A DNA stretch of 63,479 nucleotides, the filler included, from Rhabdomonas costata (Eukaryota), in assembly GCA_019059605.1 (NCBI GenBank). It is 27 parts of 27 records of this genome, joined end to end, with 100 filler letters (N's around TTAATTAATTAA, not from the genome) between each part and the next. Parts side by side here need not be neighbours in the genome. Positions count along the whole stretch, not along the records: positions 44,726 to 47,012 come from JAHMHO010004511.1; positions 47,113 to 49,364 come from JAHMHO010004512.1; positions 49,465 to 51,714 come from JAHMHO010004513.1; positions 51,815 to 54,068 come from JAHMHO010004514.1; positions 54,169 to 56,421 come from JAHMHO010004515.1; positions 56,522 to 58,775 come from JAHMHO010004516.1; positions 58,876 to 61,127 come from JAHMHO010004517.1; 20 more parts are not named here. One strand, written 5' to 3'. A program made the translations under genes and the position numbers. The notes under the pieces are model-generated. The model saw nothing but the letters and a program-made list of their open reading frames with translations, had not been told where the DNA came from and did not search any database. Shown piece after piece: positions 46,734 to 59,479 of the stretch; the first letter of the stretch is position 1; every line of letters begins with the position of its first letter.

Positions 46734-49700
46734 CAAGTGAACCCGAGGGGCCTGTTTGGGACCGTTTCGTCGTCAGAGCTCTAAAAGACGGTGTAGATAG
46801 ATAATTGGAGTTTGTCTCTGCGGTAAGCCAAGTCGTTTTAAAGCGGAGAGTGTTTGGTGAACCCACACGCAGGCTAAAGGGCTGTGCTGAGGTGAGGTTG
46901 CAATTCCGCCTTTGCTCTTCCGCCTTGTAAAAATGAAAGGTTGTAAACAAAATGGACCCGAGGCGGAATTTGGCTTACAATTTAATTTTTCGCTTTTTTC
47001 ATGCATTATCCCNNNNNNNNNNNNNNNNNNNNNNNNNNNNNNNNNNNNNNNNNNNNTTAATTAATTAANNNNNNNNNNNNNNNNNNNNNNNNNNNNNNNN
47101 NNNNNNNNNNNNTGTGTTTTTTAACTTAGAATAATCACTCTGTACCAGCACACAAAAAATACACAATTTTAATGGAGTAAATAGTAGTGTGATGGCTGGA
47201 TGTACTTGTAATATGAAAGTATGACAATTGGCAAAAATATGCAATATTACTCTACAATGCCTCTTGTTAATTTTTGCCAATTGTCATACTTTCATATTAC
47301 AAGTACATCCAGCCATCACACTACTATTTACTCCATTAAAATTGTGTATTTTTTGTGTGCTGGTACAGAGTGATTATTCTAAGTTAAAAAAAGCGTAACA
47401 AAAATGCCAAGAATTGCGTGTTCTGACCGTGTTTGGCCACACGTCGATACTGTTTGTGTGGAGTTATAAAGGAAGCATAGTGAGAGAGAAAAAAGATGAT
47501 AAGTGCAAAAATCTGCGAAAAACACCGATGGAAGAAAAAGCGTGAGTTTGATAGGTGCGTAATAGTTCTGAGCTATGATGTGTTTAGGTAATGATGGGTT
47601 TTGTGGGTGTGTGGGTGTGCCCCCAAGAACCATCGTCGATTCGGTCCTCTTCTGTTTTTTAGGCTCGTCATTGCGTTTTTAGCTAGATGTCTCAATCCAC
47701 TAGGATCCTCGCTACGCTCCTTGCTCCTCTCTCATCCTCTCTCAGATTCCAAATGCTTCGTGACAAAAAGAAAGGGTGCAAAGAGGAGGGTGCCGAGACC
47801 GACATGCTGATGTTCTCTCTGTGTTTTCACTGTGTCAAATCCTCATTTCAACGCATCAATCAACCATACCAGGAACCATGCTGCATGGTGTCATGGCTAT
47901 GCCAGTGATAATGTTGGTGATGAGTACAAACCAAGGTATTAATTCAATTTGTTTGCTCCCTTTCCACCACAACGGCGAGTTACACGAATATGCGTTTAAC
48001 CTGATATCTGTTTCCGCAGTCCATGGTGGCGTTATTCCTGAGTGGCAGTGAATATCCGGAACCTGACACCATACATCCCGCATTTTAATCACAACTGCGT
48101 GCCTTGCGGCTAAGCAGACGCCAGCCCCGAAGCCGCACGGAGTTGAAGCTACGACTTGATAACACCACTGCAACTTTGTATGCTACCAGGCCAATTCTCC
48201 ATCCTCAGAGAGATGCGGTACTGGATGTCCGAAGCAGCTGCACAGCGCTTCGAGTAACTGGGTGGGTATTTTGTGGTCTTTAATAGGGTCGAACGACTCG
48301 AGGCGCAAAGATGGGATGTTTTTCTCGCCTGGCGGGTTTTACTCACCTTTTATCAACCACTAGTAGCATTTCACTGTAGTGTGTGTTTCATTTTCCGACT
48401 TTGCATTGGCTACATGAGGCCTGACCAACTTCTCCGGAAACCCCTTTGTTTGGTGCAACCGAAAATCCCATAAAATTCCCCGCTAATGGCTACGGTTGAA
48501 AAGGTTGCACGTAGAGCCCGGTGGGTAATTCTGCTGGTATGCGGAGTATCTTTGAAACAGGCCCTCCAACAGTCTTGTGCTTAATCGGACGGCGTATTAT
48601 AAATTTCGAATAGCTTCTCATTTCACTTCTTTTTTCAGCTATAAGAGCATCTTGTAGCCTTTAGTCTGCCACGCTCAGAGCCTGCCAGCACAAAAGGGGT
48701 CCAATAGCATTGCGAATGTCTGTGAAACAGATAAACCACGTTTTAGTCTCAAAAGACCGACTCATCCGGTTCTGAGTCATAGTCTAGTTTGATTGCTTTT
48801 TTGCGACGCAAAAATAAAAGTTTTAACAAGCGCGAGAAAGTGGTTGTGTTAATTGCCAATTTTCTGTATATTTCCATTGGACAAACAACACATAAGTGGG
48901 TACTACTAGGGTATTTCTTAAAGATGGAGAATTTTTAAGCGCTAACAAATGTGCTCATTTTTCAATTTTCTCATCCATTATTTTTGGAACAAACGGACTT
49001 CAAAGTAACAGAAACCACGTTAAAAGTAACAGACAAGGCCATTTAAATTTTTTGCCTTTATTTTTGATCTGGGATTCGTGTTGGTTTTCGTCCTGGTTTG
49101 GCTTGGATTTGACTCGGGCTTTATTTTCAATCTGAGTTTGCCTTTCTGTTTGTGATTTGTCGGAGGTTTAATGCGGCGGATGCGGCGTTTTGCGTATTTT
49201 GGGCCATGGACTACCAAGTTTGCGATGTCGCTCCTGTGAGTATCCGGTTTTTGGTTCAAAGATTTCCGTCACACGCCCGCCACCCGGCCCATTCTGCACT
49301 GTCTCTGTTTTTGCCCCCGGCCGGGTGGCGGGCGTGTGACGGAAATCTTTGAACCAAAACCCACNNNNNNNNNNNNNNNNNNNNNNNNNNNNNNNNNNNN
49401 NNNNNNNNTTAATTAATTAANNNNNNNNNNNNNNNNNNNNNNNNNNNNNNNNNNNNNNNNNNNNGTGTGGGTGTGGGTGTGGGTGTGGGTGTGGATGAGA
49501 ATGTTGGGTTGTGTTGGGCGCGCATCGGGCAAAGAAACGTGGCACAGAGGCATACACAGGAAGGATATGAGTTGAGGTTGAGTCGGAGCGAGAGCCTTCT
49601 GCCTGGCGTAATTACATCCAGACCTGAGCCGATTTTTCTTGCCGGAGCGGGCACAAGAGTGCCCCCTCCCTCCCTCCCTCTCTTCCCCTCGGCTGTGGTG

Positions 49701-52700
49701 CCGAAGGAACCCCCTTGGGCCCCCTTGAGCTTGGTGAAGCCCAGAAGACAGTGAAAGCTACCAAGCACAAAGGTCTGTGTGACGTTTGCTGTAATGGTTG
49801 TGGTCTTGGGACCACTAGCTGCTAAACCGCGATGCGGCGCCTTTGCTATATCATGTTTCTGTTGTTCACTGCTCCCCTCCCCCCTCTCCCCACAGGATAG
49901 GTTTGTGCGTGTGGCTGACTTCGCGTGATGCAACCCCCGTTGGCATTTGCACAAACCAAACTGGCTGCCCTATACATTGCATCTGTGCCGTCCCTTTTCT
50001 CGTCTGCCGTTCAGTGTGCCGTGTTTCTCTTTTACCCTTGCCTGTCCTGCCCGTGCTTCCCGTGCTAACTTCTTCCCCTCTTTCCTGTATTTGGTTATTT
50101 TCTCAGCGCTCCTTCTTAGAAATGGGTTGTATTGTTGTGGCAATAACGCCTGCGCTGAGGGCTATTTCTGTCAGGGAGTATTTTCTCCGCGGGTCTCCAA
50201 CATTGTCCCCCCTCAGACTACACAAGTTCATGAGTCGTGTGTATAACGGCTTGCTTCCAGCTCCTGCGCCCCTGGCTTTCCACTGGGATTCCCTTTTCTG
50301 GCAACCCCACACCACCCACAGAAGCTACTTCGCAAACCCTAATCCCAGGAGCTTTCTTTCCAGGGATCGATGACGAAGCTCCCTTCAGCGCGCCAGCCCA
50401 AGCTTTCTCTCCTACCCTTTTCCCTTCACTTTTTCTTCTTTTCCTTTCCCTTTTCCTTCCCTCCCCTAAAGTTTTCGACTTGCGATGGAAATTGCTGTCC
50501 CGTAGCTGTAACTGACATCCCACCCCCTCGCGCATTGGAGGCGAAGCTACTCCTTCGAATTGTCCTGGCGGTTGGTTTCTTGAACGTGGGCATTGGTTAC
50601 GGAGGTGGATTATTCAGAGTGTGAGACTGTGGACTGGGAGACAGAGAAGGTTTGTTGTGGAGCACTCGGGCTGCGGGTGCCGTGATTGTCGCGTGAGCGA
50701 CAGAGAGACCTGAGATAATTGAGGTGGTGAGAGATAGATGCTGGCAGCTTCTTTTGCTTTAGCAACTGGTCGAGTGCGTTTTTTGTTTCTGATGACGGTG
50801 ATGATGGTGATGAGGATGAGGATGAGGATGAGGATTTCACTGAGCTGGATGCAACACACTCGGGGTGGACAAAGGGGGAAACACCGGATCACCCTGGCGG
50901 CCTCCCTCCCTGTTGCCGCTGCCCCTCCTTTCGTTCACGTGTCTCTTTTTGCTTTATTTTACCGAACCGACTTTCAGTTGTGTCTGTGCATCTTTGTCAG
51001 GGCATTCCGTTCCGTTCGGAAAAAGCCGTGGATGTGAAGCTGCATCATGCATCATGTCTTAGGAAACCCTTCACCACTGGTCCGCGGGCAGTCTGTCCAT
51101 CGTTGGCTTCCACGACAAGAAGCGAGTGGCCCCTGCCACCGGTTTGTTGTGTACACCTTCATATGGATTACGTATTTTGCAGAATGTACGAAAGCTATGC
51201 CATATTTGGGAGGGTTTTTTTTTTGTTTTTTTGGGGGAGGGGTAAAGCTCGCATCCATTTTCGTCTTATTTTTGAATCTTGGTCTGTGAATACTGGCAAA
51301 TGTTGCACCCGTACAAATTGATAAGCATCAGATTTCTGTGTTGCACTAATTGTTGTGTTTTGAAAGTATTTTGTAAAGCAAAAATTGAGGGAGTTTGTAT
51401 TATCTGTATTTATTTGCCTTCCTTGTATTCCAAAAGTTACAACACTTTTGCTTCAAATTTCTAACTATCCAAACAAACGTATCCATGAGATATCTGCTCT
51501 TTGATAACCACATGAGTGTGGCAGTCTGCATTCTTCAGAGAGCCGTTCTTTTCTTTGTTTGCTTTAGAGCTAATGTGATACTCAAGTACTGTTCGAGCTC
51601 CCCCTCTTCCCACCATCTTTTTATTTCACCTCTGTAACAATACTGCTTCGCTTCTCACTTTTTATATGCTGGCGCCTGAATAGTGCCCCCCCCCCCCCAA
51701 CCACACCCACCACANNNNNNNNNNNNNNNNNNNNNNNNNNNNNNNNNNNNNNNNNNNNTTAATTAATTAANNNNNNNNNNNNNNNNNNNNNNNNNNNNNN
51801 NNNNNNNNNNNNNNCCCTGTGGCGCAGGGAAGCTCACCAGACGGCGAGTGCCTGCCCGGATGCGATGGCGCACCCGAGGCACAGAGTTTCGATTTTCTGA
51901 CTTTGCGCTGAGCTATTTACGCTGTGATACCAATGTACTTTTGCTGCATGGATTTGTGTTCGGTCCGCCCTTTCTCCGGTAAAGGGCCTCTCCTATGCAT
52001 CCAATTGATTCCTCTTAAGTACTGGTCAGCCTAGTTTTGGAGACCATGGCAGCAATCAAAAACTTGGGAGAGTTTTATCTAACGTAAGGGTTTGGGTATT
52101 ATTTTTTGCGGTGACTAAACGCTCGGTTTGCAAGTGGTGTGCTGCGGCACAAACTTCTCCAGCCCGGGTTAATTACATCTTCAACCCTACGTATCCTAAT
52201 GCACAACTAGATGCCCTCTTCTCAACGCGTCCCGCCTCCCGCCCTTCCGTTGCAAAGACCATCCTTGCGTTCTTTATCAGCTTCAGATCGGTTCTTTATC
52301 AGTATGGCCCGAGTGGCCGCCAGCGATGCGCAAAACGCGTGCGAGAGAGAGAGAGAGAGAGAGGAGATCAACGCATCTAGTGACATCCTGGCGTTGCTAG
52401 GAATGAAGACCCCACCTTTCACTTTCCATCCTCTCCGTCGGGTTGGCCCGCACCGACCGGGCTATGCCACACGACTTGATGGGCGCCGCGGGACCATCAT
52501 GGCTTAGGAACCCCTCACCATGCGCTTTCTTCGGGGGCAAAAGTCCGGCGAGTGGTCATGGGGATTAAAGCCTCTAGGGATTGAAAAGCGGAGCGGGTCA
52601 CGACCAGCAAAGTCAAAAGGGTCCCATGTGACGGGTGTGGTTTGTAGTAATGGGTTTCGGATTGCTGGGGGCATTCGCATCCCTTCCTTCCGGCATGCTC

Positions 52701-53009
52701 CGTCCTTGGCGCCGCCGGGCAGAGATCCATACCTTGGGGTTTGGTCTCTTTTCAAGGGGTGGGTTTAGGTTACGGTCTAACCCACAGCGTTGGATTCTGA
52801 GGTGTATACGTGGGGTGAGTCTTGCGTGGAAGCGTCGACATCACCTCGGCCCTTCAACACATCAGCATTACATCCTCAATCCCCTAACCTTCCACTCCAT
52901 TCCCATTCAACTCTACCCCTCAACATCGGTACGTGGGTGGTGGTAGGGTTAGCATCTTACCTACTCCTAGTGTTGGTGTGTACCTTAGCCACTAGGTTAG
53001 TGCGTCGCA

Positions 53010-53510
53010 TGACCGTAGCGTTACTGTCACCGACGACTGCCCATTGGTCACATAGCCGTGTCCTTCACCACAAATTATGCGAGCGCCAGACTATGAGGTT
53101 GATACCAGGGTAGACAGTCATCTCAACTCCCACGCCATGATCGAGCTCAGCTGCATGGTTTAAGTGACGTTGCATAACCTTACGCCTTGCCGCATCATGG
53201 GGCTGGTGTACGCTGGCATTCATCACCAGGACTTCCATCAGTGTGACAGCCACTGGAATTGCATGGTACTCGTGGTACAATTAGACTTATGTGCCAGAAT
53301 CGCTGATCGCTCTCTAGGAGATGACGCCAAGGACCCATTTTAGCACATCGGAATATACTCACGTGTGGTACTGGTCATGCGAGTCACTCGTCGTAGTGTT
53401 CGTCCATGCTTACAGGCTGTTGTCTCTAGAGTAGCTTTTGCACTTGGTTCGGTGGGCGATGTTGTCCTTCCAACGTTGGATATCCAAAGGGACATCTTGA
53501 TGAGACCTAA
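53010..53510 (-). mobile_element. Degenerate APE-type endonuclease of a non-LTR retrotransposon
   Basis: Ordered remnants across frames: LWISNVG (SWNVxG), TLET (LQET), RSAILAHKS (GVAILxxK), VLVMNASVHQP (NVYAP), WAVVGDSNA (GDFNA). Confidence 0.45.
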
Positions 53511-54179
53511 TGCAAAGACAGTCACAAGAACCTCATGTCCTAAGATACAAATGAAGCGCGAAACCCCGACCCTTACGCTCACCATCCCACACTCAAACTA
53601 GTCACTCACACCCTCACCACCTCCGCCTCCAGAACCACCACCCTCACCTCCATCACCAAACTCACCTCCTAACCCCCACCTCGCAGACCACCATCCATTC
53701 TCCATCCTCCATCCTCCATCCTCCATCCTCCATATGCCGACTCCCACACCAGATACCTTGACCATCGCCCATCACACCACCATGCCAAAGACCCCACACA
53801 TCGACCAAACGGACACATCCCACGCCAGCACCCCACGCCAGCACTCTCAGAAAGGGCGCAGGAAGGTAGGACTGAATCGGGAAATGGGGATACTAGCTGT
53901 AGCCACCATCAGTAAACTGACAAAAGTTTGCAATTTTAACCAGAAGAGGGTTCAGGAAAATTGTGCCAGTGCACCCCACTTGTGTTTTGGGTTGAAAGGG
54001 TTCTGGTCAAGGCTTGCACCCCCCCCCCCCCCCGGGATGAGTGATGTTTGGCACACTACCTTTTGTGANNNNNNNNNNNNNNNNNNNNNNNNNNNNNNNN
54101 NNNNNNNNNNNNTTAATTAATTAANNNNNNNNNNNNNNNNNNNNNNNNNNNNNNNNNNNNNNNNNNNNGTGGTTGTGGC

Positions 54180-54513
54180 ATTTTCGAGTGACGAACCCAA
54201 CACGAATACCGCTCCCTTTATTGTGCTAACAAGCCCAAGGTTTACGCTTCCCGAAAAAATGATTTTGTTGTGGAATAGAATGGTGGTAAATGGTGAACCA
54301 AGTGGTAAGGCGTCCGGAGCAATGAACGGAACACCAAGGCACCACGGCACCATAAAATGTGACAAAAGGGCAACCAGGTTGATTTAATACAGCGAGGCAT
54401 GAAATGTGTTCGCGAATAAACAGGGGGTGGTGTATTTCCCCTTCCATGCGTGGCATTTTCACTTTCGCCCAGGATGAGGAGAAGCCACTGGAACCACGGA
54501 AAAGCGCAGGCAC
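54180..54513 (-). pseudogene. Possible decayed TKL-type kinase fragment
   Basis: RGSSG, FIREHISCLAVLNQP..VTFYGA, then after a frameshift LPLGSPFTTILFHNKI..LGL, resembling kinase subdomains I-VIa. Confidence 0.35.
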
Positions 54514-56593
54514 GAGAATCTGGCGCGGGAAACCAATCTAAACACAAACATAATAAACGCCAAAAAGTCCCAATGAACACCAAGTAACCCCACCGACTAC
54601 CCCCAATACAAGAGGAACAACACAAGAAGGAACCTTCGGGTCCCAACCGGATGGAAGAAAAATCAACCATTGCAAAGATGCGCACGACAAGCAGACAAAA
54701 CCAAACACAGTACTGTCATCCAGGCTCAGATTAGTGGATGAAAAGATGGAAAACACGTTGGTGTGCGTAGTCGTAGGCTTTTTGGACTTTGGTTTTGAGG
54801 GAATATAGGAATTGTCTATATGAAAAAGACTGATGTTGAGAGCTTTGTGGAAAGCACACAAAAATTTCAAAACACTCGAGATTTGATGGAAAAGAGGACC
54901 ACGCGCAGCTACTTTGTCTGCTAACGCCTCCTCTGGCCCAGTGGTCCCTTGATGTCTTCGCGAACCTCCGTGAATCATGGCACAGTGCGGAATCCCGGTA
55001 GCGCACCACACACAGGTCCATCCCATTGGCCTTTCCCAGGCTTCAAATTATGCACCAACCTATACACATGAGTGATGTAATATTAAAGTTTTGTTCCAAC
55101 ATGGTATACGAAGTTATGCCTATATTTTGCTTAACGAAGGCATCTCTACAGCAAGCTTCTCCTGGTGCCTGGTAACTTGACGCCGCTGAGATTGCGAATC
55201 CTGCTGCTTTTGTTGTTTCACGCGGTGGCCATTTCGCTCCCTCTTCCTTCTTCCGCGTGCCAGAAGGCCTGCTCCAAACCATTGCGCTAGTTCTGATGGA
55301 TAGTGACCGCCAGCGACCAGGCTCACGAGCTCGCCATGGATGCTGCCCATGGTGTGCTATAGGCTATTTGGTAGAGATGTTCTGCCACGGTCCGGGTGCG
55401 GTGCCAGGGACGAGTCGGTGTATCAGATTGTCCGCGTTGTCGCCACTGACTTCGCATCTAACGGTGTGTAGGTAGATTCAGGCGGACTTCGACGGTCCCT
55501 TGGGAGTAAATCATTCTGCATCCCCCACCAGGAAGGCCTTGGTCCACTCAGAGCGCTGCCTTCCTGAAAGTGGCGGCTTAGTGAATGACTTCGTCCCGGT
55601 TTCACAGCCCAGATATGTGTGGCTAGAGAAGGATGGATCAATCCAGAAGAGAAAAAGAGAGGCAATGTGATGAAGAAAGGGAAGCAAATGATGCAAGCAA
55701 GGAATAGTGCAGCGATGGAAGGCGTGGATTCCAGAGCGGATGAGACCAAGACAAGACAGCGGATGAGATCAAGAGGTGAGTGGAGGGCAGCGGAGCATTC
55801 CATCGAGCGAGGTTCGAGAGTAAAGTTTTGTCCGAGTTGTTTTTAGCAGAATTCGAAGGAGAAAGACGGCAGGCCAGCAAAACGAAGAAGCCCATGAAGA
55901 ACAATCCTCCAGCAGCAGCAGCAAAGAGCATCATACCGCAACACAACACCCGGAAGGACACATCGAAAGGCAAGCACACATCAAGCACCAAGTACATCAC
56001 CGCAACACAAGCCCATAGCCACAACGCTTCAACACACACTTCGACCCCTGGCACCACCGCACATCCACAAACCCCAACACCAATACCAGCACCTTCCCAT
56101 CCACTAGCACCGTGGGAAACACTTGCACACTCGGCCACACCCACACCCAGCCCCAAATTCTCCAAACCAACCTATCCAACGATCCTACTCCCCAAAGCAC
56201 ACCCAGCAACCCAACCGCACCTGCCCAACACCACGCCCCACCCAAGTCCAACCAAGCCGTATACACATTTAGAAGAAGAAGATCCCTAGCGATAGAAACC
56301 GAAACCCCAACTCAACTCCAGAACCCAAGACCGAAACGCGAACCCTACATCCCACGACACTGCTTCGATACCGATACACCCAACGCACCCAACGCACCCA
56401 CATCCACGAACCCAAAACCACNNNNNNNNNNNNNNNNNNNNNNNNNNNNNNNNNNNNNNNNNNNNTTAATTAATTAANNNNNNNNNNNNNNNNNNNNNNN
56501 NNNNNNNNNNNNNNNNNNNNNCGAACTATTCGGCACCAATCAAGAAAAAGAGTGTATCGGAGATCTTTTTTCGGGCAAACGAAGCTTTTTTGT

Positions 56594-56662
56594 CCTGATG
56601 ACGTGGGGGTTGTCTCCTGATGACATACTGATGACACACTGATGACAGATGATGACAGCTGA
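56594..56662. repeat. Short tandem array of CTGATGAC-core units (about 10-12 bp period)
   Basis: cctgatgacg..cctgatgacatactgatgacacactgatgacagatgatgacagctg. Confidence 0.8.
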
Positions 56663-57717
56663 TTATCTTATGTTATTGTTTTTGCCTCCGTTTCTTTCAA
56701 GGTTTTTTGCGTGTTCGTCTGGCCTTAGTTTTTATTTCGTCCGGCGCCACCGTGTACCAAAATGGGCAACAGTTCTCCGAAAGTAATAATTTGATTGCCC
56801 ACCACGTAGGTTTGTAAGATCCCGGTCTCTATGATCTACTCTGGGCTGCCTTTTTTTTGCCCCAAACACGTAGGAGAGTCTTCTAGTGGATGAAAAGATA
56901 ATGAACGCTTTGGTGTTCCCAGGTGTCTGTAGTTTGTGATCTGTGATTTTCAAGGGTATAGCGCTTTGATAGGAATGGTTGACCAGCTGAAGATTGGAAC
57001 TTCAGCGCTTGAGTTGGAATGGGGCGTTCCGGACGCAGGATCAGCGCCAAATTCTGTTGCCGAGATGACCCTTCAGAAAAGTTCAAGGGTTGATGATAAG
57101 GGGTGCCTTTGAACAAAAGCAACGGATTGGAGAAAGTCACGGAAGATATATGGGAGCCGCTCGATGGGAAGAAAGTTGAGAACGAAGGCGAAGCAAAAGC
57201 AAGAACATCTGCCTAGGCAAGTCGGGGGAAAGCACAACCCGAGTATATGACACCCGGCCCGGCAGAAAAGCGAAGCGAGACAGGAAAATGGGAGAGAAGG
57301 ATGAACCGGAGAGAGAGAGCCACGACCACCCGCAAGAGGTAGGAGGCACGCAAGAGGCTCGGCGGATAGACGGCGTGTGACATTTCAGTTAACAAAAATC
57401 CGCCGCGATAACATCTTCTAGGTTTGATATCATTTTGGTGTTCCTCATGTTTGTTGCTATTCCTAAGAACTAGATGCACTGTGTGTTGTCTTTGAATTTA
57501 GTGGTTCTTTTTTTGCGGACGTTTTCGAGTGTATCAACTCTTTAACTGCAAGTAAACCAATGGTTCAAAAAACGCTGCATCGTTGTTTTTTCTGCGAAAA
57601 CTTTACCGATTGGTTTTCACTGTGGTGTGGGTGCGCCATTCAAAACACAACCTCTTATGCCAAGTGTTATATTTGGCATACCTTCACTTGTACGGCACAG
57701 AGAAAGGGGTGAGGAAG

Positions 57718-58729
57718 TCACTGAAAACAACCATCCTTGATGCACAACAGTAGAGAAATGAAAGGGTGACAGTCCTTTCTTAAGTTCATTCGCCACTGAA
57801 ACTCCTTCACAAAGCTCTCTAATTGGTCAGCGCAGCAACCACCACGAGCTCTGAGAAAGGTTTTCAAGTTCCCCCGTCAATACCCTGAGTGGAAACAACC
57901 CGGAGTCTGCCTCGAACAGTCTGAAGACGACAAAACGTCCATTATTGTGGTCCGCCTGAGCAATGAAGATACAAAAATCCTTACAGACAGAGGTGTAAGC
58001 TCTGGAACCATCAGTAAATAGGAGCTTTCCAGGGGCTAGTCTCCCCACAAGGGGGCGAACATCATCAGCAGAAGTGGGACCGAAGCGGCGATCATCCTGA
58101 TTTCTGTTCAGCTTCTCGTATGCCTCTACCAAAAGGCGACCAGAGCCCATCTCAAACAACCCACGGAAGTCGCCCTTGACGTCGGAGTCTCTGCCATGCA
58201 TGCCCTTCCTCTTTCTGCCGATCTCACACTAGTCAGACTCTACCTCCAAGTCCTTTCCACCAAACAGTTCATTCTCCGTGTGCAGAGATTCCCAGTTAAT
58301 GACGCAAACACGGAAGCGCTCAGACCAAGTTGCTACAGTAGCAGCACCATAGCCCACCATATGCTCAGCCCTAACACCGGAAGAGTTGTGAGCCCAGAAA
58401 TAAGCTAGGTGCAGCCACTCCTTCAAAGACAGATGAAAACCCTCCAGGATGCCGTAGCTCTTGCCATATTTTTTCCTGTTACAAGAACGGTACGATTGAC
58501 CCCGATCCATATACCACTTAACACCCACAGGCCCCCCGTGCTTGCATCGCCCCCTAACCCTTTGGCTTAAAATTCATTGTGCCGTACAACTGAAGGAGCG
58601 CCTTATATTTATCTCTCCACGATCTACTCTGTGTTTAGCCCTTGATTCCAGTTAACAAAATCCACAGCGATAACATCTTTTGGTTTTGATACCAGTTGGC
58701 TTTCCAGTCATCTAAATGGTGGAAACATT
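57718..58729 (-). mobile_element. Merlin (IS1016/IS1595/ISXO2-like) DDE transposase pseudogene
   Basis: LSLKEWLHLAYFW...TVATW..RFR..FGGKDLEVESD*(E)...K.GMHGR...LLFTDGSRAY...DHNNGRFV, then frameshifted VSTQGIDG..LKTFL..GG...LESFVKEFQWR...PFISLL..I*. One in-frame TAG at the conserved DE and at least two frameshifts. Confidence 0.88.
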
Positions 58730-59479
58730 CACATGTATGAAATCAAAGTTCACACGATAAGTTCGACACAAAAACNNNNNNNNNNNNNNNNNNNNNNNNN
58801 NNNNNNNNNNNNNNNNNNNTTAATTAATTAANNNNNNNNNNNNNNNNNNNNNNNNNNNNNNNNNNNNNNNNNNNNCACAGGATCACTTAACGGGCCCAAA
58901 AGAGGAAATTCTTCTCGCATGGGGTTAGGATGACTTGCGCGTGCTGGGGGTCTGGGGGGTGGGGCGGAGCCCCCCCAGCAACCTTCCTGGGATTAGGGAG
59001 TGATGCCTCTGTCTCTGAATTGGAGAATTTGTGTGGTAATGAAGAGAAACTACGCAGCTTTCTATCAGACTCTCACCTCTTGTGATGATTGGTGTGTACC
59101 TGCTGTTGCTTTTCGGGCCCGTTAAGTGAACCTATACCATTTATATTTCATGAATGTTTTATGAAAGTGAATGACTTGGATTACAGCATCCCTTTCTTAC
59201 GTGAATTGTTGGGATGCTGGAATCTGACCTGCGGTCATATATTTGCTTTTTACCCGCTGTATAGGAGCATGTTTAACGTCGTGTGTGGTGATAGAAATGC
59301 AAAAACAAAAACAAGAAATAACTTCTGGCTTTAGCAAAAATAGAGTTTCAGAAAAGCAAAACTGCGCAACCAAAACTCTTGCTACTCAGATCATTCGTAT
59401 AGGTCCGCCGCTTTTCAGAACAAAATTGAATAAACAAAACCCCACATTGCAAATCATCAGCCTGGCGGGAGGACCCCAG

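Noticed and set aside
47117-47391. Perfect ~120-bp inverted repeat
   Set aside because: Identical arms, located at the contig end next to the primer tail: typical self-priming fold-back chimera.
49249-49359. Perfect ~40-bp inverted repeat
   Set aside because: Terminal, identical arms, followed by a primer-like tail.
49465-51714. ORFs in contig 22 (likewise 16483-18735 and 61228-63479)
   Set aside because: No host-like GC3 exons or recognisable motifs; these read as intronic or intergenic DNA with simple repeats.
55780-56421. 169-aa Pro/Thr/His-rich ORF and its antisense partner
   Set aside because: Produced by a C/A-rich low-complexity tract; no codon bias or splice signals.
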